Origin: Promethearchaeota archaeon
GTDB taxonomy: Archaea > Asgardarchaeota > Lokiarchaeia > Sigyniarchaeales > SOKP01
Assembly: GCA_016839765.1 (NCBI GenBank)
Contig: JAEOTP010000069.1
Location: forward strand, 50,629 to 114,628
Direction of reading: 5' to 3'
DNA: 64,000 nucleotides
Made by a program: the position numbers and the translations under genes. A model generated the notes under the pieces. The model was not told the origin of the DNA and did no database searches. It saw only the letters and a program-made list of their open reading frames with translations. This document shows, piece after piece, positions 57,996 to 64,000 of this stretch (positions are counted from its first letter, which is position 1; each line of letters starts with the position of its first letter).

Positions 57996-60900
57996 TTATT
58001 CTTCTCTAGGTTTAAAATCTGCAAGTGAAGCTCCACAATATATACAGTAATTATCCTTGATATGGGTTTCACTATGGCAATATGGGCACTTTCTATACAT
58101 ATCTTTTACTTCAACAGGAGCTTTTAGCTTTTTAGGCTTTGGGGGTCGAGCATTCCTCTTTCTAACTAAAGTTATGATTAAAAAAAGTGCTCCTACTGCA
58201 ATAAATACGCCAATGGCAACACTGATGATGATAATGAGAGTATTATCAGGTGGAATATACGGTGGAGTACTTTTTTGAACAATTACATCCTCGTAATCCA
58301 TGTTTCCTGCTTTATCTCTCACGTAAAATCTAATTGTGATGGCCCCATCTGGCGCAGCATTCCATGCGGTTGAATCTATATACCCGGTGTACTGTGAAAT
58401 ATCATAATTGGTTAAACCACCATCGAGGGTATACCACATAGCATCGATATTAAGCTCATCAACAGAAATATTAAAACTTGGAGGTATAATTGTAAATTGA
58501 GCACCAAATGAAGGAGTATTAATAGTAATGACTGGATCAGTAATATCTTTGTTGATATTAATCTCAGCATAATTAAAACCTCCAAACGTATCATTTACAT
58601 AGAACCGAATTGTAATTGGCCCCTCACCTTGGCCATCCCATTCGGTCTGATTTATGGTCCCCGATGATCCTATGAAAGTAATATTCGTCCCGCCACCATC
58701 TAATGTATACCATGTAGTAATTTGATAGAAAGCTGTTATCGAAATACTAAAAGTTGGCGCAATATTACTGTAAAATTCATTATTTGAAGGTGTTATAATG
58801 TTAATGGATGGTGGGGGAACATTAATTGAAAAAAATCGAACTTCTGATTCATATATAGTTCCTAAAGAATCATTTCCGAACACCTGAATAGAATGAGAGC
58901 CATCACCCAAGAATGGAATTGTTAAATCTCCCAGTATCGTCTTATTGGTTAATCTATCTAAAGAATATCCCATCCAATCAAGTGTAGTTCTATTCATAAA
59001 ACTAAGTAACAATCCTTCAATAGAGTTATCTCTAATATTATAGTTTGGGTCCCACGAAAATCCAATAGCATCTATATAAAACAAACCTGTAGTTCCCCAA
59101 GCGGATCGAATTTCAAGACGATCTGCATCTAATGCATCAGTATGCGTGTAAGAATAATCATCTGCTTCTAAAATTCCATTAATATACACGTCCACAGTCT
59201 TCGTGGTTCCATTCCAACTAATACTGATGTGATACCACTGATCATCATAAAATGTTGGTCCAAAAGTCTGCCAACCACCTGGAGCACTATTGATATTAAA
59301 CCTGTTGTTATTATATTGGCTAACGTATGAATCGATGCCTAATACTGTTATGTATCTTGTTAAGCTAGTGTCGAGTAGTGAAATCCAAATTGGACAATTC
59401 CCGCTCTCTTTATATACCCATAACTCAATTATTCCGGAATTATGGTCGTCACTAAATAATTGATAAATTCCTGGATCATCGCCAGTGGAACCTGCGTTAT
59501 CGTTAACTTCTAACACTTTCTTATGACCGGCTTTCTCAGAAATTACTCTAACAGTACCAATACCAGGATCCCATCTTAACCACCCATTTGGCTCAACTCC
59601 ATTAATGTCATTCTCAAACCCATAAGTCGCAGGATAATAACCACTCATTGGTTCTGTGTATGTTTTATTTTCTGGAGTAATAATACTAATCATAGGGAGA
59701 TCAAGAGTAAAATGCCTTAGATTCGATGCATACATTGTTCCAAGTGAGTCATTTCCAAACACTTGAATATTGTGAGATCCATTTGCTGGTAAAGGAAGAG
59801 TAATATTTCCCAATATTGTCTTATTGGTTAGCCCATTTAAAGAATATCCTATCCAATCTAACCTCGGATAGTTATCAAAACTAAGCAATAAACCTTGATC
59901 GAGATTAGTTCCAATATTATAATTAGGATCCCATGAATAACCTACTGCATCTATATAGTTGAATACGTTATCAGACCATGTTCTCATATCAAATTTAGTA
60001 ATTGATGTTGTGGTTGCGCTTCTAAATCCGTACCCACTTCCACCATCTACGCTATTGTCATCAATCCAAAGATGCCAATCATCAGCACAATCGAATTGTA
60101 CCCTCACGTGATACCACGTATATGCATTATACGACCCTACTATTGTTGGAGTAGTTCCATCATAAACAATAAGATTACCATCTTCCCAATAAATAACAAT
60201 CGTGTCTTGTGGGTTTTGGTCATGTATTTGAATCATTAAATAATCTCCTGAATTATGTGGATAGTCTAAATAAATATAGCACTCGATTGTTCCAGTAGTT
60301 TGACTCGAAAATGTGTTAGATACTATTGTAGCCCCTCCACCTCCTCCTGCGTCTTTTAATCCAACTACCTTGTTATGTCCATCCATTTCCTCAACCACTT
60401 GAGCAAATCCGGTGTAAGACGTAAAGAAAGACCACTCCTCAGGTATAACACCATTTTCATCGTTTTCAAATCCGTAAGTAGCAGGATAATACCCACTCAT
60501 CGGTTCTGTATATATTTTATTTTCTGGAGTAAGGATTTCAATATAATTAGTAATATTAATCGTAAAGTATCTTAGATTCGATGCATACATTGTTCCAAGT
60601 GAATTATTTCCAAACACTTGAATATTGTGAGCTCCATTTGCAGGTAAAGGAAGTGTAGTATTCCCCGATATTGTCTTATTGGCTAGTCCATCTAAAGAAT
60701 ATCCCTTCCAATCTAACGTAGTGCTGTTATCAAAACTAAGCATTAATCCTTCTTGCATATTATCTCCGAGATTATAATTAGGATCCCAAGACACTCCTAC
60801 CGCATCTACCCAGATATTAGTGTTTAATACATCATTATACATAGTAATATATAAGCGATTCACAGTAGTTCCTGTTGCATGATTCGTAGCGCCAATTACG

Positions 60901-61580
60901 GAACCTGCTAACGTATTATTCGTATGATAGACATAAATGTCTGAAGTATCTGAAATCATGTTCCAATCTACCCTTAATCGATACCACTTATTAGCCTCTG
61001 CAGGACAGATCGACTGATATTTGCTTCCATCATAATACTTCCACTCGTTTGAAACTATCCGTACAGTTACTTTAGCATCTGCATTATCTTTAATTTCTGC
61101 AGCATAAATGTAAAATGGTACAGGATCAGCATCGTCAAAGTTAATCCAATATTCTACTGTTCCCGTAGCCAAAGCTGCAAATTCTAAAAGACCACAGCCT
61201 TGGTTATTTGGAGATGATTGGGATCGCATATGTAAAACTTTTTTATGCTGATCTTTTTCTTGTATAACTTCAACCACACCAGAACCTAAGGATGCATCTG
61301 TCCAACCCTGTGGTAAACTTCCGATCTCGTCATTTTCGAACCCATATGTCCCAGGATAATACCCACTCATCGGTTTTTTGTAAGTAGTATTTTCTGGAGT
61401 AATTATTGAAATTTCATTATCACTTGATCTCACGGAATTTTTCTCGTGATAATCTTGCTCTGGTGTTCTAGGAATTATTAAATTACATCCAAATAAAATT
61501 AAACCACTCAATGATATTAAAGAGAGCAGTAAAACTAGTCTACTTATAGGTATCTTATTTTTTAGTATAGTTTTCACCAC
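57996..61580 (-). CDS. Large cell-surface protein: three Ig/lectin-like modules, two plain Ig-like repeats, TM and cytoplasmic zinc ribbon
   Basis: Three ~286-aa modules with conserved flanks; two WYTLDGG repeats; many NxS/T sequons; CPYC...YCIYCG. Confidence 0.85.
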   Translation of the reverse strand: MVKTILKNKIPISRLVLLLSLISLSGLILFGCNLIIPRTPEQDYHEKNSVRSSDNEISIITPENTTYKKPMSGYYPGTYGFENDEIGSLPQGWTDASLGSGVVEVIQEKDQHKKVLHMRSQSSPNNQGCGLLEFAALATGTVEYWINFDDADPVPFYIYAAEIKDNADAKVTVRIVSNEWKYYDGSKYQSICPAEANKWYRLRVDWNMISDTSDIYVYHTNNTLAGSVIGATNHATGTTVNRLYITMYNDVLNTNIWVDAVGVSWDPNYNLGDNMQEGLMLSFDNSTTLDWKGYSLDGLANKTISGNTTLPLPANGAHNIQVFGNNSLGTMYASNLRYFTINITNYIEILTPENKIYTEPMSGYYPATYGFENDENGVIPEEWSFFTSYTGFAQVVEEMDGHNKVVGLKDAGGGGGATIVSNTFSSQTTGTIECYIYLDYPHNSGDYLMIQIHDQNPQDTIVIYWEDGNLIVYDGTTPTIVGSYNAYTWYHVRVQFDCADDWHLWIDDNSVDGGSGYGFRSATTTSITKFDMRTWSDNVFNYIDAVGYSWDPNYNIGTNLDQGLLLSFDNYPRLDWIGYSLNGLTNKTILGNITLPLPANGSHNIQVFGNDSLGTMYASNLRHFTLDLPMISIITPENKTYTEPMSGYYPATYGFENDINGVEPNGWLRWDPGIGTVRVISEKAGHKKVLEVNDNAGSTGDDPGIYQLFSDDHNSGIIELWVYKESGNCPIWISLLDTSLTRYITVLGIDSYVSQYNNNRFNINSAPGGWQTFGPTFYDDQWYHISISWNGTTKTVDVYINGILEADDYSYTHTDALDADRLEIRSAWGTTGLFYIDAIGFSWDPNYNIRDNSIEGLLLSFMNRTTLDWMGYSLDRLTNKTILGDLTIPFLGDGSHSIQVFGNDSLGTIYESEVRFFSINVPPPSINIITPSNNEFYSNIAPTFSISITAFYQITTWYTLDGGGTNITFIGSSGTINQTEWDGQGEGPITIRFYVNDTFGGFNYAEININKDITDPVITINTPSFGAQFTIIPPSFNISVDELNIDAMWYTLDGGLTNYDISQYTGYIDSTAWNAAPDGAITIRFYVRDKAGNMDYEDVIVQKSTPPYIPPDNTLIIIISVAIGVFIAVGALFLIITLVRKRNARPPKPKKLKAPVEVKDMYRKCPYCHSETHIKDNYCIYCGASLADFKPREE

Positions 61581-61763
61581 AAATTTTTGTTTTTTATTGG
61601 ATAAATTTAATTGGTTACAATATTATATAAAAATTTTTATAGAATTAAGAAATCCTCCATTGAACGAGGAATTCAAATATCTTTTAGGAAAAGCAGAAAG
61701 TCTTACTACTCTTGATGAGGCAAAAGAGTGGATAGGTGTTAGTAAAATTATAATTAGAAGGGA

Positions 61764-62591
61764 TTAACCTTCTCTTTTAATTTCCTTACGAAATGCTGAC
61801 ACAAAAATTACTCCAAATATGATGACAATTATTCCAATTACTTGAATAATATCAATTTTTTCATTCAGTGCTATTAAGCTTATGATAACTGCTAAAGAAA
61901 TACTTGCAGAGGTATAACAAGGAATTGCAATGTTGGCCTTCGCCTTAGTAAATGCATATTGGGTAAAAATAAGTGTTAACACTGCCGTTAAAAAAGTAAT
62001 TAATATAAATACTATAGTTAAGACTGGATCAGGAATAGCAGTTATACGTTTTGAAACTGTTTGAAGGGCATTAAAAGTGCCTGCAGTAGTACCAATAATT
62101 AATCCGGCAGCAACGTAATCTTTCAATTTTGAAATAATAACGGCAATGACCTCAATTATTATAATTGGTAGTGAGAACGTAAGCATTAATGAAAGATTAA
62201 AGTCTTCTGCATAAATTTCTCCTGTGTTTGGATTAAAAATGTTTACAATGGTGGTTCCTATGATTATGAATATAATTCCTATAATTTGTATTTTATGAAT
62301 TTCTTCATGTAATACATAATAAGAGAATAGGATCAAAACCAATAATCCAATTCCTCCTAGAGGGGCGATAATGTTAATTGGTGCAAAAAATAAAGCAGCC
62401 CATTGAACAAAAAAATATGTTGTAGTTAAGACAGTTCCAAAAACCCACGTACCAGTATGTTTGCTCTTAATTGACTTATCAATTTTTAGACCCTCAATTG
62501 CATATTTTTGGATTCCTTTTCCTAAGTAAAGCAGAACGTATGCTAGTATACCTATAATTAAACCTATAAAAACCATAAATTCAGAACTCAT
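61764..62591 (-). CDS. DMT-superfamily transporter (NIPA/EamA-like)
   Basis: About 9 TMs; G..IQK; W..G; AL.FAP..IIAPLG; LNEKI. Confidence 0.75.
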   Translation of the reverse strand: MSSEFMVFIGLIIGILAYVLLYLGKGIQKYAIEGLKIDKSIKSKHTGTWVFGTVLTTTYFFVQWAALFFAPINIIAPLGGIGLLVLILFSYYVLHEEIHKIQIIGIIFIIIGTTIVNIFNPNTGEIYAEDFNLSLMLTFSLPIIIIEVIAVIISKLKDYVAAGLIIGTTAGTFNALQTVSKRITAIPDPVLTIVFILITFLTAVLTLIFTQYAFTKAKANIAIPCYTSASISLAVIISLIALNEKIDIIQVIGIIVIIFGVIFVSAFRKEIKREG

Positions 62592-62613
62592 AATTATGAC
62601 CTAACTTATTTAA

Positions 62614-62964
62614 TTAAAAAGTAATTATTGTATAGCCTTCTTCGATATACTTTGCCATACTTGGATGGCCCATTAACTCATTACATAGTGTAAATCCTAA
62701 CTTTTCTACTTCTTTTAAGGAACCCATTTTTTTACTACAAGCTTTACAAAAACAATCAATTAATCCTGAGTTTTTTAAATCATGATACTGCTTAAAAAAC
62801 GGATTATCTTCATTTTCAAATTCATAGGCTAATTTTGTAGCTGATCCCTCAACAATAACTTTAACATCATATCCCTTTCCAAGCATATCTAATGCGTTTA
62901 TAATTACATGAATAAAACACATAGGATCTCCATTAAATGCAAATAAAGCAAACTTCTTATTCAT
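62614..62964 (-). CDS. DsrE-family protein
   Basis: CFIHV..NALD; EGSA; CKACS; GHPS...Y...GY.IITF. Confidence 0.8.
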   Translation of the reverse strand: MNKKFALFAFNGDPMCFIHVIINALDMLGKGYDVKVIVEGSATKLAYEFENEDNPFFKQYHDLKNSGLIDCFCKACSKKMGSLKEVEKLGFTLCNELMGHPSMAKYIEEGYTIITF

Positions 62965-63016
62965 CTCAAACTCGTTTAAAATATTATTATTTTAATAAAA
63001 AATTATTGTCGTCATT

Positions 63017-63817
63017 TTATTTAATGTTTAATCTTTTTTTACATAGTTCAATAGCACTGGGATTATTATCAGTTCCTATCCAATATCTATTTAGCTTTTT
63101 AGCTACTGCTAACGTAGTACCCGCACCACAAAAGAAATCCGCGACTAATTCTCCTTCATTTGAAGAAGCCAATATTATACGTTCTAATAAGCTCTCAGGT
63201 TTTTGTGTAGGATATCCAAGATAATCTTTTGATCGTGTAGCCGTTTGAAATGAATATATATCGTTCCAAACGTCTCCAATTAAATTTCCTGGCCTTTCAT
63301 CAAGATATTGTTTTCCTCCTCTTCTTTTTCGATACAAACGCCCCTCTTCATCTGTGTATCTAAACATTTTTTTAATATATTCTTGATTATATGGAACATA
63401 CTGTTTATTAAAAGTGAAATCTTCTGAATTAGTATAATAGAGTATTGTATCGTGCTGACGAACCCATCCCTTCACTTGACTTTTAAATCCCGACACGCTT
63501 CCTACATTCCAAATAATTTCCCGTCTAAAATTTTCTCGACCAAAAATTTTATCACATAAAGGCTTTAAATCAAAGATCGCACTAGCATCACAATGAAGGT
63601 AAAAACTTCCTGTAGGTTTTAAAATACGATGCATTTCTATTGTTCTTACTCTCATAAATTCTAAATAAGCTTCTAGGGATTCCCATTTGTCTGAAAACTC
63701 TTCATAATCTACTCCACTATAAAAAGGAGGATCAATATAAATTAAATCAATCAATCCGGAATCTGACTTCTTTAAGAACTCCAAGTTATCTATTAAATAG
63801 ACAGAATTGAGTTTCAT
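63017..63817 (-). CDS. Beta-class N6-A/N4-C DNA methyltransferase
   Basis: IYIDPPF; YPTQKPE.LL.RII; DFFCGAGTT. Confidence 0.9.
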   Translation of the reverse strand: MKLNSVYLIDNLEFLKKSDSGLIDLIYIDPPFYSGVDYEEFSDKWESLEAYLEFMRVRTIEMHRILKPTGSFYLHCDASAIFDLKPLCDKIFGRENFRREIIWNVGSVSGFKSQVKGWVRQHDTILYYTNSEDFTFNKQYVPYNQEYIKKMFRYTDEEGRLYRKRRGGKQYLDERPGNLIGDVWNDIYSFQTATRSKDYLGYPTQKPESLLERIILASSNEGELVADFFCGAGTTLAVAKKLNRYWIGTDNNPSAIELCKKRLNIK

Positions 63818-63855
63818 AGGAGGATTAAATACAATTGAAACTTTATTAAATTATT

Positions 63856-64000
63856 ATGAGAAAGGAACGATTAAATAAGAAGTTCTTGAATGAATTAGAA
63901 AAATACGATTTTTCTAAAATTAATGAAGAGCAAATTTATTTAGTAGGCTCTGCTCGTTTTAAAGAATATTTTATTAAAATTGAATCGATTTTACAAATAA
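63856..64000 (+). CDS. 5' part of a hypothetical protein running off the window
   Basis: ATG 63856 stays open to the window end (MRKERLNK...IYLVGSARFKEYF). Confidence 0.55.
   Translation, partial: MRKERLNKKFLNELEKYDFSKINEEQIYLVGSARFKEYFIKIESILQI

Noticed and set aside
55330-60528. Diversity-generating retroelement (TR/VR pair) as an explanation for the 92% repeat
   Set aside because: Mismatches are mostly transitions in both directions rather than adenine-specific, both copies are coding, and no reverse transcriptase is in the window.
61640-61767. Short plus-strand frame (LNEEFKYLLGKAESLTTLDEAKEWIG) that looks like a gene remnant
   Set aside because: Too short, with no convincing start or family motif.
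1847-63224. Numerous 60-120 aa ORFs antisense to or nested in long genes (e.g. 1847, 2655, 6960, 14373, 20083, 32352, 47036, 58057, 62937)
   Set aside because: They overlap well-supported CDSs and carry no motifs; such ORFs are expected by chance.
53720-64000. Integrated element at tRNA-Trp
   Set aside because: No integrase and no duplicated tRNA 3' end were seen; the next gene is housekeeping nfi.

Overview
AT-rich, densely coding archaeal chromosomal DNA, most likely from an Asgard archaeon (Lokiarchaeia-like). This assignment is inferred from a two-domain gelsolin, a Rab-like GTPase fold, RING and JAMM proteins, a proteasome beta subunit, a histone, rpS30e, BHB-type tRNA introns and a Sec-containing SelD with a eukaryote-like 3'-UTR SECIS. 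About 60 CDS are present, and no CRISPR array, rRNA or transposase was seen. The ORF track misses several features: (1) selD really starts at 42896 and reads through an in-frame UGA (G-U-S-C-K), with a SECIS-like hairpin directly after its stop; (2) a tRNA-Trp(CCA) carries two introns (37/38 and 59/60); (3) there is a small stand-alone zinc-ribbon gene and a decayed flavodoxin gene. The best candidates for undescribed biology are: (a) a pair of surface-protein genes built from Ig-like modules with variable lectin-like inserts, showing mosaic or cassette exchange and ending in cytoplasmic zinc ribbons that recur on a MIT-like protein; (b) a CD36/SCARB-family scavenger-receptor homologue; (c) a RING / Thr-less proteasome beta / UEV-JAMM cluster; (d) a degenerate Rab-like protein preceded by 19-bp-phased TGTCCA repeats. 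All assignments come from manual motif reading; no database searches were run.
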